A stretch of 64,000 nucleotides of DNA from a virus (Duplodnaviria; Heunggongvirae; Uroviricota; Caudoviricetes), in the IMG/VR virus record IMGVR_UViG_3300037851_000345, positions 60,067 through 124,066 of that record; one strand, written 5' to 3'. The first letter of the stretch is position 1. Each line of letters begins with the position of its first letter. Under the pieces are notes generated by a model, which saw nothing but the letters and a program-made list of their open reading frames with translations, did no database searches and was not told the origin of the DNA. Position numbers and translations under genes: made by a program. Positions 53,718 through 63,094 of this stretch are shown in pieces.

Positions 53718-54259
53718 AAAAACTTTTTCACGAACTTCCTGTAAACGTAGTTGATTTATTAATAACTGCCATTAACGACAAAAGAATTCAAAAGGCATCT
53801 GGACCAAATCTTCTGCATATTTATCTATCTTTTGATGAAAATGGTGGATTTGTACTGAAGAGGGTCGCATTAAGTTGTATTACCCGAAAATTGAAAACAA
53901 GTATTGACCCCTTGGAAACCTTTATAGATAAACTCCTTGACATCGCAAACGAGATAAAACAAGATTGTCTCCAAGATGCCCCTACTCTTTATTTGTACGA
54001 CTTCCATAAGAAGATTTCAGTTGATTTGATGGAAACCAAACTTTATGTTCGCTATGCCGTTCCCCCGCAAAGCGTGCTTATCGAAACGAAAGACGGGGTT
54101 GATAAAGTTCTCAAAAAAGAAGGTATCAATTATCTTTTGAAAAACTTTGGAGAAGTTTTAGTAAGGATGTCAGGTATCCCAAAATATATTAAAATAAAAT
54201 ATCCCGAACTCAAAGACAAGGTTCAATTATGGGAAACTCTGCACGGAATACCAAAATAG
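53714..54259 (+). CDS. Hypothetical protein ending in the DKVxLWETLH motif
   Basis: ...KYPELKDKVQLWETLHGIPK. Confidence 0.6.
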   Translation: MKKLFHELPVNVVDLLITAINDKRIQKASGPNLLHIYLSFDENGGFVLKRVALSCITRKLKTSIDPLETFIDKLLDIANEIKQDCLQDAPTLYLYDFHKKISVDLMETKLYVRYAVPPQSVLIETKDGVDKVLKKEGINYLLKNFGEVLVRMSGIPKYIKIKYPELKDKVQLWETLHGIPK

Positions 54260-54271
54260 GAGGTAGTAAAA

Positions 54272-54598
54272 ATGGCAAAAGGCAAACAGTACAAGGATAA
54301 GAAATTTCTTCCCGCCCCTGAGATTGCGCCGACGACTTCCCACAGAAAAAAGAAAAAACGATATCTTTTGGAACGGAAAATGTCAGCAAAAACCCAGGCC
54401 AAAGATATAAAATATCATCAAGAGCAAATAGAAAGAATCCAAAAGAATGAGTGGGTGGAAGAGAGAAAATATTCAGACTTGCCTAGCGCACGGAAAGCTC
54501 AGCGACAACGAATCAACCAACAAGAGGGTTATCACAAATATTGGCCTAAGTCGAATATGTTTGAGTACCGTGTCCGAGAAATAGAGGAAGAGGAATAA
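54272..54598 (+). CDS. Basic hypothetical protein
   Basis: RBS AGGAGG. Confidence 0.6.
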   Translation: MAKGKQYKDKKFLPAPEIAPTTSHRKKKKRYLLERKMSAKTQAKDIKYHQEQIERIQKNEWVEERKYSDLPSARKAQRQRINQQEGYHKYWPKSNMFEYRVREIEEEE

Positions 54599-54647
54599 TA
54601 GGTTGCTCTTGCGATCTTTGGCAGAAAATGTGAATTTCGTTACAAAC

Positions 54648-54658
54648 TGTGGTATAAT
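54648..54658 (+). promoter_or_regulatory. Extended -10 promoter
   Basis: TTACAAACTGTGGTATAAT; ATG follows after 6 nt. Confidence 0.7.
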
Positions 54659-54664
54659 ATAAGT

Positions 54665-54850
54665 ATGGAAAAACCTAAAATTATACCCAAAGGAACCTTT
54701 TGGGTAGAAAAAGAGGGCAAACTCTATATGGAGCGTTGCCCGAAGTGCAGAGCGGAAAATTATGCGCCGAATGTCGCATCAGGCATTTGCACTTGGTGCG
54801 GATACGATGCGAACGATGAAGAAACCGACAAGAGCCGAAAAACTGATTAA
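54665..54850 (+). CDS. Zinc-ribbon protein
   Basis: RCPKC..ENY..NVASGICTWCG. Confidence 0.7.
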   Translation: MEKPKIIPKGTFWVEKEGKLYMERCPKCRAENYAPNVASGICTWCGYDANDEETDKSRKTD

Positions 54851-55238
54851 AAGTCACCAAACACTATTCCCCAAAGGAGTAGGAATTGAGTGTGGTAGTG
54901 GTTGGCTTGAATTGATTGACCTAGTGTGTCACTACTTCAAAGGCAAAGTACGCAATCAGGAAGTAGAAGCCATTCAGTTTGCCCAAATCAAGGAAAAATT
55001 CGGCCTGCTCCGAATTTACTTTGACGTTCAGTTTAATGCCATTAAGAAAGACGATAACAGGCTATTCCACGAACTACATAATACTATCGGTGCAATGGAA
55101 AGTGTTTCAGGTCTTGTGTGCGAAGACTGCGGAAAGATGAAGACTGAAAGGGTCAATGTAGGCATGAGAACTATTCACGGTTGGAAATCGACTTTGTGCG
55201 ATAAGTGCTACATCAAAAGACAAGAACGAACCAAATGA
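54807..55238 (+). CDS. Conserved phage protein (ECG.GW...QIKEKFG.LR...CEDCG...GW..TLC)
   Basis: Recognisable widespread phage motif set; start uncertain (54807 or 54816). Confidence 0.7.
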   Translation: MRTMKKPTRAEKLIKSHQTLFPKGVGIECGSGWLELIDLVCHYFKGKVRNQEVEAIQFAQIKEKFGLLRIYFDVQFNAIKKDDNRLFHELHNTIGAMESVSGLVCEDCGKMKTERVNVGMRTIHGWKSTLCDKCYIKRQERTK

Positions 55239-55783
55239 AGAAATTTTTAAGCAAAAACTTTCTGTGGTTTATTGCCGCAGGCCTTGCTATTTTTATGCTG
55301 GAGGATTTAAAAGCCCTTTACATCAATCTAGGTCGAGCCCAAGTTCAGCAAGAGGCCGCTGATAAAATCACCCTCATCACCCTGCAATTTGAAGAAGACG
55401 CTAGAACTAAGTCCAAATTGTTAGAACGGGCAGTTAAAGAGAGATTGGATGAAAAGGAAAAGTACAAAGAAGAACTAAGCCTGCGAAATTACACTTTTCA
55501 AAAGTACAAGGAAAAGACCCGTGAGGAATTTCAAGAACTCAAACTGAGCCTTGCCAAAGTACAAACGATGAACGATAATTTACGACAAGACCTGATTCAG
55601 ACAAAGGCCTTGAATCTGTCGCTTTTCACAGTCAACAAAAATCTGTTGTGGAATTGGGCCGTGTCAGAGAAGCAACTACTTCGCAATTTTGACAACATAC
55701 TGAAAGAAACGACAGCTGCCACAGAGCAAAAATACATCAACTTTATAAACAAAATTGATAGGATAAAAAAGAGACTAAAATGA
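55235..55783 (+). CDS. N-terminal TM plus coiled-coil protein (possibly spanin-like)
   Basis: FLWFIAAGLAIFML followed by a long coiled coil. Confidence 0.5.
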   Translation: MKKFLSKNFLWFIAAGLAIFMLEDLKALYINLGRAQVQQEAADKITLITLQFEEDARTKSKLLERAVKERLDEKEKYKEELSLRNYTFQKYKEKTREEFQELKLSLAKVQTMNDNLRQDLIQTKALNLSLFTVNKNLLWNWAVSEKQLLRNFDNILKETTAATEQKYINFINKIDRIKKRLK

Positions 55784-56559
55784 TAAAATACCGTAAGATT
55801 TCTTATTTTGAAAAATACTTGGATGCTATCAACGAGAAGAATAAGTTTCTTCAAAAACACGATTACTACATCAAGATTCCTCTCAAATACGATGTCAAGT
55901 ATTGGTTAATGGCAGCATTGAAAAAGAAACTCTTCGATGATTCACAGAAGGTGTATTTTGATCTAGAGGGAAAAGAGGCTGAGGCGGGAGTGATAAAAAA
56001 GCACAAAATGGAAAAAGGCGGCAAAGGCGGTATTATTGTCTTTCCAAACAATATATCTGTGATTATGCGTTACCTTCATGAGCCTTTGACGGTCTTTAAA
56101 AATAGAGCGGTCAAAAAGATTTTCAAAAAGTATTCCAATGGTGTCCTGTGGAATTTTGGAAACCGTTACAGGGGAATTTATTACAACGAACCTAGAGATA
56201 CTACGTTCAACTCCGAATCGGATACGTTAGAAATTTTAGACTTGGGGAGCGGCGACTTAATTAACATTTCCGTCAAAATTGCAGTCCAACTTAAACAACC
56301 CATTCTTCTGATAAAGGATATGAACAATGAACAGATGATTATTCTAGCAAAAAATTTGAAGGATAATTCTTCCATCAAAAAAGATGAGTCTATATATCGG
56401 GAAGAACTCACGAATTTAGATATCAAGCGTCTCAAATGGCAACTTAATGATATTTACAAATTATGCGATTCTGACCAACACAGTTTATGGGAAATACACG
56501 ACATATATCCGAAATTGAATGACTTTTGGATAGAGGGAAAAACTTGGTACGGGAGATAA
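55780..56559 (+). CDS. AT-rich hypothetical protein
   Basis: 259-aa ORF; ATGA coupled. Confidence 0.55.
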   Translation: MIKYRKISYFEKYLDAINEKNKFLQKHDYYIKIPLKYDVKYWLMAALKKKLFDDSQKVYFDLEGKEAEAGVIKKHKMEKGGKGGIIVFPNNISVIMRYLHEPLTVFKNRAVKKIFKKYSNGVLWNFGNRYRGIYYNEPRDTTFNSESDTLEILDLGSGDLINISVKIAVQLKQPILLIKDMNNEQMIILAKNLKDNSSIKKDESIYREELTNLDIKRLKWQLNDIYKLCDSDQHSLWEIHDIYPKLNDFWIEGKTWYGR

Positions 56560-56924
56560 ATGGCCCCGCAATCGTTTTCGACTACGACTGTCAAATTTGC
56601 GGAAAAAATACAGCCAATGACAGTTTCAAAAGATTTCCCGTATTTTTTAAACCAACAAAAGAAAAAATTTTTGTGTGTTGGACTTGCCTAAGTTTTATCA
56701 AAGACAATGGTAATTATTCTAGTTACGAAGTAGTGAATAAATGAAAACTAATGCTTGGGGTGATGTATTGGGGCAAAAGGATGGTGATTTTATTCCTGCT
56801 AAAAAGTTATTCCCTAAAATTGATATGAAATCTCATTTTTATAAGAATTGCAAACGGCAACGGAAATTAGAAGCCAAGATTTGTCAGGACTGTCCGTTTC
56901 GCAAAGGGATAGAGGAGTCAGAAA

Positions 56925-57452
56925 ATGGATAAATGGAAAGTTATATTTACCAAAGAAGTAATACACGATTTGGCAAAAAAGAGCAGAGTAGTTGATTGGT
57001 TAGAAACCAAGTACTACAACATCACCATCGGTATCGGGAATATTTTTCGTTGGTTGCCGATTGTGTGGAAGGACAGGGATTGGGAGTACGAAGCCTTTAC
57101 CGAAAGGTTCATTTACCGTAAACTGAAAAACCTTCAAAAAAGACCTTACAACAAAGTCTTCGAAGACGGTTGGTGGATGGAAAGGTACATCAACCTTTGC
57201 ATTTGGTTAATGGATGAAAAAAGAAAGATGGATAACTTGGAAGATGATTTGTGGAAGTCTATAGAACACGGGAAAATATCTTGGGGTGAACCCGATGAAA
57301 GAGGAACGGTTGAAATGATTTCATCTTGGTCTTCCCCCGAAGCCAAAGAAAAATATTGGGCAGTTGAAAGACGAAGGATGGTTCGTGAAAAGAAAATTAA
57401 CCACTTGATTTATCACATTTTGGAGAAACGTGGTCAGTCCTGGTGGGATTAA
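56925..57452 (+). CDS. Hypothetical protein (W-rich, WKDRDW type)
   Basis: RBS GAGGAG; NIFRWLPIVWKDRDWEY. Confidence 0.6.
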   Translation: MDKWKVIFTKEVIHDLAKKSRVVDWLETKYYNITIGIGNIFRWLPIVWKDRDWEYEAFTERFIYRKLKNLQKRPYNKVFEDGWWMERYINLCIWLMDEKRKMDNLEDDLWKSIEHGKISWGEPDERGTVEMISSWSSPEAKEKYWAVERRRMVREKKINHLIYHILEKRGQSWWD

Positions 57453-57639
57453 TGAGGGAAACAATGAACGTAATCAAAGAAATTAAGAAATTAAAACTAG
57501 ACCCTGATAATGTCCCGAATTACGCAGAACACAACAAACAAGTGGATACGATTATCGAATATCTACAAGAACAATTTTTTATCTTGGATGGATTTCTTCG
57601 TCCCTTGACGGGCGAAACAATTCCGAAGGAGTATTAAAA

Positions 57640-57822
57640 ATGAACGAAGCAGTTTGGGTTGATAGCGATTGGATGAAAGATGTAAAAGACGAAGACGAGA
57701 AGGAAGAACCCTGTCTGCACGATAGTTGTTCCGAGTGTCACGGCACGGGAAAAAAGAAAGACGGCACGACCTGTATACATTGGATTTCTTGCCCTTGTCC
57801 GAAGTGTACTCCACGGTTCTAA
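57640..57822 (+). CDS. Cys-rich mini-protein
   Basis: CLHDSCSECHGTG...CIHWISCPCPKC. Confidence 0.65.
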   Translation: MNEAVWVDSDWMKDVKDEDEKEEPCLHDSCSECHGTGKKKDGTTCIHWISCPCPKCTPRF

Positions 57823-57825
57823 TCA

Positions 57826-57832
57826 ATAAATA
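57826..57832 (+). promoter_or_regulatory. Late promoter
   Basis: ATAAATA upstream of 57842. Confidence 0.5.
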
Positions 57833-57841
57833 AAGGTATCC

Positions 57842-58780
57842 ATGAGCAAAATAAAATTCTATCATTTAAGCGGCGCGGGCGCACTTGTAATTGCGGCTTG
57901 TAGTGCAGTCTTTTCAATTTACGGTTTGTCCACCCTGTTCGCAGGCTCACGACTACCTGTTATCATTATGACTTCGGCATTGGAACTAGGCAAAATTTTG
58001 TCGGTTTCGATGGTGTACAACTACGCCAAGAAACTACCGAAGTTGATACAGCGATACCTGATAACAGCCATCGTTGTCCTGATGTTCATTACGAGCCTAG
58101 GCGCATATGGGTACTTGGCTAATGCCTATCAAAAATCATCCGACAAGGTTGCGGCCACAACGACTAGTCAAAACTACAACACGGAGCAACAGAACTTAAT
58201 TGGTGAACGCATTAATAACCTTCGTCAACAAATCTCTAGAGACACGGCCCGTCTCGACACTCTTAACTCACAACGCAACGCACAAGAAACCCGACTCAAT
58301 CAGGCACAAGGAGCACTCAATCGTAGGATGCAAGACCAAGCTCGTCAGGATATCACCAAGTCCGATGCCGAAATTAAAACACTAACAGAGAGAATAGATA
58401 CAGGCTACAACAACATTGCCAAGGAAAACGATAAACTCAGTACGCTGAAAGCCGACAGTTTCAAGATTCGTGAAGAAGACAGGAAGATAGACGTAGGCCC
58501 CTTGCGCTACTTGACCAAGTTATTGTCTAGTAGCATGGATTCTATCGTTACCATCCTTATTCTAATTCTCGTTTTTGTTTTCGACCCCCTCGCTGTTGTG
58601 CTTTGGCTCTCAACCAATACGCTTATCAAGGCCGAGCGGGACGAAGAGAAGAGGATGAAACCAAAGACGATTGAGATTGAAAAACTTCCCGATACTCTAG
58701 ATGGATTCAAAAAGTGGATGCGCAAATTCTTCAACACTTGGAAAGAACAGAAGCAGAAAGAACAGAATACCCCTAAATAA
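57842..58780 (+). CDS. Conserved T4-like multi-TM membrane protein with periplasmic coiled coil
   Basis: 3 N-terminal TMs (FSIYGL..LFAG..PVIIM..ALELGK), coiled coil, VGPLRY...VFVFDPLAV. Confidence 0.75.
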   Translation: MSKIKFYHLSGAGALVIAACSAVFSIYGLSTLFAGSRLPVIIMTSALELGKILSVSMVYNYAKKLPKLIQRYLITAIVVLMFITSLGAYGYLANAYQKSSDKVAATTTSQNYNTEQQNLIGERINNLRQQISRDTARLDTLNSQRNAQETRLNQAQGALNRRMQDQARQDITKSDAEIKTLTERIDTGYNNIAKENDKLSTLKADSFKIREEDRKIDVGPLRYLTKLLSSSMDSIVTILILILVFVFDPLAVVLWLSTNTLIKAERDEEKRMKPKTIEIEKLPDTLDGFKKWMRKFFNTWKEQKQKEQNTPK

Positions 58781-58797
58781 TTTTGGGAACTGAATGG

Positions 58798-59244
58798 ATG
58801 CCAAGATATACCTCTCGCACAGGTCGTGATGTTGTTTTAAGATTCAAAGGAAGAGAAATAACCATACCCACAGATGGGTACTACGAAACTAGTGCGGACG
58901 ATTTAGCAGATACGTTTCCCAAGCACGTTCGAAAAGTCAAACTTAACGAAATCATTCGTGAGATAGAACGACGGCTCCTGCCTGTCAACATTAAATCTAT
59001 CGATACTCCGAAATTGACCCCGATTACACTAACAATTACCCCCCTGCAATCCCCTGATTTAACTCCGATTGTCATAAATTCCCTCTCTGAAATACCCCTA
59101 GCCCCAATAAAAGAACTCCAACTAAAGTCCGAAAATAATAAATTAATCACAGAAACCATAAATAATATTATAGCTACCACAAACGATTCCGATTTGAATG
59201 AATTTCTAGGAATGATTCGGGACATTTTAAGTAGCGAAAAATGA
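58798..59244 (+). CDS. Hypothetical late protein
   Basis: CTAAATA at 58773; start uncertain. Confidence 0.55.
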   Translation: MPRYTSRTGRDVVLRFKGREITIPTDGYYETSADDLADTFPKHVRKVKLNEIIREIERRLLPVNIKSIDTPKLTPITLTITPLQSPDLTPIVINSLSEIPLAPIKELQLKSENNKLITETINNIIATTNDSDLNEFLGMIRDILSSEK

Positions 59245-59259
59245 AGAAAGGAGGGCAAA

Positions 59260-59643
59260 ATGCCAATTTATCAGAACTATCGAAACAGAGAGGTAACAAT
59301 TTTCCTAGCCAATGCCGTACCCGTGAAGTTTTTTCCTGGGGAACACAAGCGACTCGTTCAAGAAGGATTGGAAAAGCAGTATGCAAGTTACCTTCGCCTC
59401 ATTCCTGACCCCAACTCAGTCGTGAAAGAAGGGAAGGACGACACAAAGAAAAAGAACGAAAAAGGATTGATTAACGAAATCAAGCAACCCGCGAAAGACA
59501 AAGAATTGACGAAAGAGCCTGTAGAAGAATCTGCAAAAAGAGGTAGAAAGGTTGTCAAAGAGGACATCAAGTTGAACGAAGGCTACTCCCCGATTGCAGG
59601 AGAATACACGATTGCTAGCACAGGTAAGCAAGGAAAAGAGTAG
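59260..59643 (+). CDS. Hypothetical late protein
   Basis: RBS AGGAGG. Confidence 0.6.
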   Translation: MPIYQNYRNREVTIFLANAVPVKFFPGEHKRLVQEGLEKQYASYLRLIPDPNSVVKEGKDDTKKKNEKGLINEIKQPAKDKELTKEPVEESAKRGRKVVKEDIKLNEGYSPIAGEYTIASTGKQGKE

Positions 59644-60383
59644 TGGCTATTTCCGAACAAATCAAAACAGTAATAGAGTTCAGAGATTACATCCGCAGAA
59701 AACTAGGTGAACCTAAAGTCAGGGTAGAATTGGCTGATTCCCAAATCGATACGAACCTCTACGATGCTATTCAGTTGTTCAGAGAATACTCAACAGGCAG
59801 AGGCAACACAAGGTCTTTCATGGCCTTGGATTTACAAATAGGGGTTCAAGATTATCAACTTCCCGATTACGTCATGCAGTTGGGATACGATAAAACGAGT
59901 CAATCAGTTTCAGCATGGGTCTTGGCGCAACTGTCAGGCTATGCGGCTAGTGATGTCCTCAGCCTGAAATCATTCGACATGGTTTCATTTTATATGCTCC
60001 AACAATGGATTCACTATTTGAAGTACATCACCATTTCCAAGTTCCGTCTATTTTTCAACACGAATACGAAGATGCTCCACGTTGTGCCAAAGCCTGATGA
60101 TGAATACACCAAACTCTTTATCGAAGTGTTCCACCAAGGGACTACTGACGAATTACTGAACGAACGATTTGTTCGTGAGTACACTCTCGCTCTTTGTAAG
60201 ATTGAACTAGGCGAAATCAGGAGTAAGTTCCAAAGTTTGCCAGGGTTCAACAACTCGGTTTCTCTCAACGGGGAAACATTGAAGACAGAAGGACAAGCGG
60301 AAAAGGAAAAATTGGAGGACGATTTGACCACCCATTTTAAGTGGTCGGCCCCGCCATTTCCCGTTTTTCGTAGCGTAGATTAA
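59643..60383 (+). CDS. gp13: Neck protein (T4 gp13-like)
   Basis: DYIRRKLGEP.VRVEL..SQID...DAIQ.F.EY; VREY.LAL.K..LG....KF...PG...LNG. Confidence 0.85.
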   Translation: MAISEQIKTVIEFRDYIRRKLGEPKVRVELADSQIDTNLYDAIQLFREYSTGRGNTRSFMALDLQIGVQDYQLPDYVMQLGYDKTSQSVSAWVLAQLSGYAASDVLSLKSFDMVSFYMLQQWIHYLKYITISKFRLFFNTNTKMLHVVPKPDDEYTKLFIEVFHQGTTDELLNERFVREYTLALCKIELGEIRSKFQSLPGFNNSVSLNGETLKTEGQAEKEKLEDDLTTHFKWSAPPFPVFRSVD

Positions 60384-60395
60384 AAAGGAGGTAAT

Positions 60396-60881
60396 ATGAA
60401 AAGGCAATTTTTATTGTGGTTGGATTCTTTCTGCCACAAACCAAAGTTTCTGAAAAAAATGATTGAGATGAGTTATTGGTCAGATATTTTAGACTTACAC
60501 GAAGAAAAACAAAAATCCAAAACAGAATTAGACAAAAAATTGGAAAACATTGAAAAAAACTTATCAGAGTACGTCAATATTCTCAGAAAATCTTTGTTAG
60601 CCACGACAAATGGCGATAGTGGTGTGGTCATGACCCAAGTACCACGAGAAAAAGCAGGCGAACAAATGATTGAAATGTTAAGACGGGAGAAAAACTTTAA
60701 GGATGAGAATATTTTTAATTATCTAGAAGTCCTAGGATTTGACATCGAGTGGTTAAAAAAAAAATTAAAACCATTTCCGAGCGCGGCACCACTCGTAATA
60801 CCACCAAAAAATCCTACTAAACCCAAAACTAAAAAGGAGAACAAAAATGTCAGACGACAAACTGCTAAAATCGACGCCTAG
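60396..60881 (+). CDS. Hypothetical protein
   Basis: RBS AGGAGG. Confidence 0.6.
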   Translation: MKRQFLLWLDSFCHKPKFLKKMIEMSYWSDILDLHEEKQKSKTELDKKLENIEKNLSEYVNILRKSLLATTNGDSGVVMTQVPREKAGEQMIEMLRREKNFKDENIFNYLEVLGFDIEWLKKKLKPFPSAAPLVIPPKNPTKPKTKKENKNVRRQTAKIDA

Positions 60882-61350
60882 GCCAATGACTAAGCCGATG
60901 CAACGCCATGCACAAAGGCCAAATCAACCGCAAGTGCCTGCTTGGGTGCTAGAGCAACAGCGAACAAAACGTGAACCAATTAACCCACGGAATTATTTGC
61001 GCCCTGGACCAAAGGCCAAAATCATCGACCTGAACAAAATGATGACCACATGGGGTAAAAATTCAGCAAAGTACAAGGAAGGAGATGTTTTCATTTCCAA
61101 GAAGATTCTTCAGAACCTTGAAAAAGCCGAAGACTTCTCAGGCATTATCTCGCAACCGAAGTTTAAACAAAACCTGAAAACTATCAATGATATCGTTTCA
61201 GGGGGCAAGGGAGAAATCTCTTACAGATTTAAAGGGACTGAGGGATTCTTGGTTGAAGAGGTTATTGGACAGAATTATATTCATCACTATAAGGATAATG
61301 TTTGGGTATATTACAAAGATAAGAACAAAAATGAAGTAGAAAAAGAATAA
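60847..61350 (+). CDS. Hypothetical protein with Pro/Gln/Arg-rich N-terminus
   Basis: RBS AGGAG. Confidence 0.6.
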   Translation: MSDDKLLKSTPRPMTKPMQRHAQRPNQPQVPAWVLEQQRTKREPINPRNYLRPGPKAKIIDLNKMMTTWGKNSAKYKEGDVFISKKILQNLEKAEDFSGIISQPKFKQNLKTINDIVSGGKGEISYRFKGTEGFLVEEVIGQNYIHHYKDNVWVYYKDKNKNEVEKE

Positions 61351-61353
61351 ATA
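61347..61353 (+). promoter_or_regulatory. Late promoter
   Basis: ATAAATA followed by ATAGTGTAGG. Confidence 0.5.
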
Positions 61354-61519
61354 ATAGTGTAGGACTAGGAAGTAATTAACCCTTTTAAAAAACCACCACT
61401 TTTTAGATTATCTACATTAAAATTCAACTTTGGTGGGGTTAAAATGGGAAAGCAAGAATATTTTACAGATTTGAGTAGAAGAAAATTTTAAAAAAAAATA
61501 ATAAAATATTGGGAAAATC

Positions 61520-61526
61520 ATAAATA
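61520..61526 (+). promoter_or_regulatory. Late promoter
   Basis: ATAAATA upstream of the AGGAGG RBS of 61579. Confidence 0.5.
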
Positions 61527-61578
61527 TAGGTGATGGTGCATTATTTTTAATATTTTAAACCATCAGGAGGATTATTAC

Positions 61579-62409
61579 ATGGCAAGATTTGAGTATGGGA
61601 ATGATACAATCCAAGAATTGTACGTTCAAACCTACACCGCTTCTAGTACAGCCGTTAATGAACTCCGAGTACTTCGACAGCCAACCGCCCCCGATGTTTT
61701 AGCAGGGGGTTGGACGGCTACCGCAACCACACTTGGTTTTGATACCTTGGTGGGGACTTTGCCGCCAGCCGGGGAATTCCTTGTTGGAACTGAAAAGATT
61801 CAGTACGGCTCGATTACTTGGACAAATTCAACAACGGGCACATTCAACCTTTGTAAAAGAGGTTGGGAAAGCACGACAGCAGCTATTCATGCAGCAAATG
61901 CACACATTTATTTCGGTGATGCGTTTGCATGGATTAACACCGCAGTTACAGACGCAGTAACGACAATTCCATTCGTTGCTCTAGACAGACCTGGACAGAT
62001 TCCAGAAACAGGAGTTATCTTTGTGGACACAGAATGGATTTACTACGGTGGATTAACCTACACCAATGTAAACAAGACAGCAGGCAACCTGTTGTATTGT
62101 TTCAGGGGTTATAATGGTACAACTGCCGCAGCGCACGATGGAAGTGTAACGAATATTCCTATTCGTTTCGAACACATTTTCAAAGAAAGAGAATACGTAT
62201 CACTTCATAATTATGCAACAGGTAGTGAAGGGGTCTATTTATATTACGGATTTAACCCAGCAATTACCTTTGATGGAGACAATGCACTCCCGCTTACATT
62301 TGGCGATTCCGTTACATTACCATTGTCTTGCAGAAACAGAATTTACGTGGCAATCGATGACAGTACAGGTCGAGTAACCGGCCCAGTCGCAATTGCTGAG
62401 TGGAGGTAA
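61579..62409 (+). CDS. Beta-rich virion structural protein (decoration-like), paralog A
   Basis: Thr/Ala/Gly-rich; two internal E.I.YG....T...G.L..C.RG...TTAA.H repeats; C-terminal beta-sandwich pattern. Confidence 0.65.
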   Translation: MARFEYGNDTIQELYVQTYTASSTAVNELRVLRQPTAPDVLAGGWTATATTLGFDTLVGTLPPAGEFLVGTEKIQYGSITWTNSTTGTFNLCKRGWESTTAAIHAANAHIYFGDAFAWINTAVTDAVTTIPFVALDRPGQIPETGVIFVDTEWIYYGGLTYTNVNKTAGNLLYCFRGYNGTTAAAHDGSVTNIPIRFEHIFKEREYVSLHNYATGSEGVYLYYGFNPAITFDGDNALPLTFGDSVTLPLSCRNRIYVAIDDSTGRVTGPVAIAEWR

Positions 62410-62414
62410 TTACC

Positions 62415-63080
62415 ATGAAGAAAATCATTCCAGCAAGCTATCACAGAAATGAGTATAACAAGACAACTTTCGAGGAAGCCATTGTTTACACCGTTACGCT
62501 AGGTGCTGCAGCCGCTCAACAAGTTACGAACATTTCACAAGTATCATTCGGGCTTTCAGCAGTATTTTCTGCTACAGCAAAACAACTTTCATTCGACAAC
62601 CTTTGGGGAAATATTCCGTGGTCGAGTTATTCCAAGTTCACCAACACCAATCCCCGCACAACCGAGCCGCCTCTACCGCTAGCATCGCTTCCAAATGCGG
62701 GTAGCGTTGTAATCACCGAAGGTGGTATTGGTACTGAAACCATTTACTACGGATCAGTAACATGGACTCCTGCTGCCGGCCCACTTCCTGCAACCACAGG
62801 AACTCTCAACAACATTAAGAGAGGAGCAACCCCATTGGCATTTACGGCAGCCGCAACTTGTACTTTCGTAACAGGTGTTCCTGTTCGTGAGTATTTCTTC
62901 TTCTGGAACCGTACAGGTGGGACTTTGTACATCGGTTACGATGGAACAGTCAACAACACACCGACCAATGCTCTCACCTTGGCAGATGATGGAACTTGGG
63001 GTGTTTGGTTGGAACCACTTCAGAACATTTGGCTATACTCAGCAGCTGGCGGAAATGTTAACATCTCCGAGTACAGGTAA
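62415..63080 (+). CDS. Beta-rich virion structural protein (decoration-like), paralog B
   Basis: One ETIYYGSVTWT...GTL...KRG repeat; C-terminal REY...N...LYIGY...NALTL parallels paralog A. Confidence 0.65.
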   Translation: MKKIIPASYHRNEYNKTTFEEAIVYTVTLGAAAAQQVTNISQVSFGLSAVFSATAKQLSFDNLWGNIPWSSYSKFTNTNPRTTEPPLPLASLPNAGSVVITEGGIGTETIYYGSVTWTPAAGPLPATTGTLNNIKRGATPLAFTAAATCTFVTGVPVREYFFFWNRTGGTLYIGYDGTVNNTPTNALTLADDGTWGVWLEPLQNIWLYSAAGGNVNISEYR

Positions 63081-63094
63081 AAAGGAGGCACACA

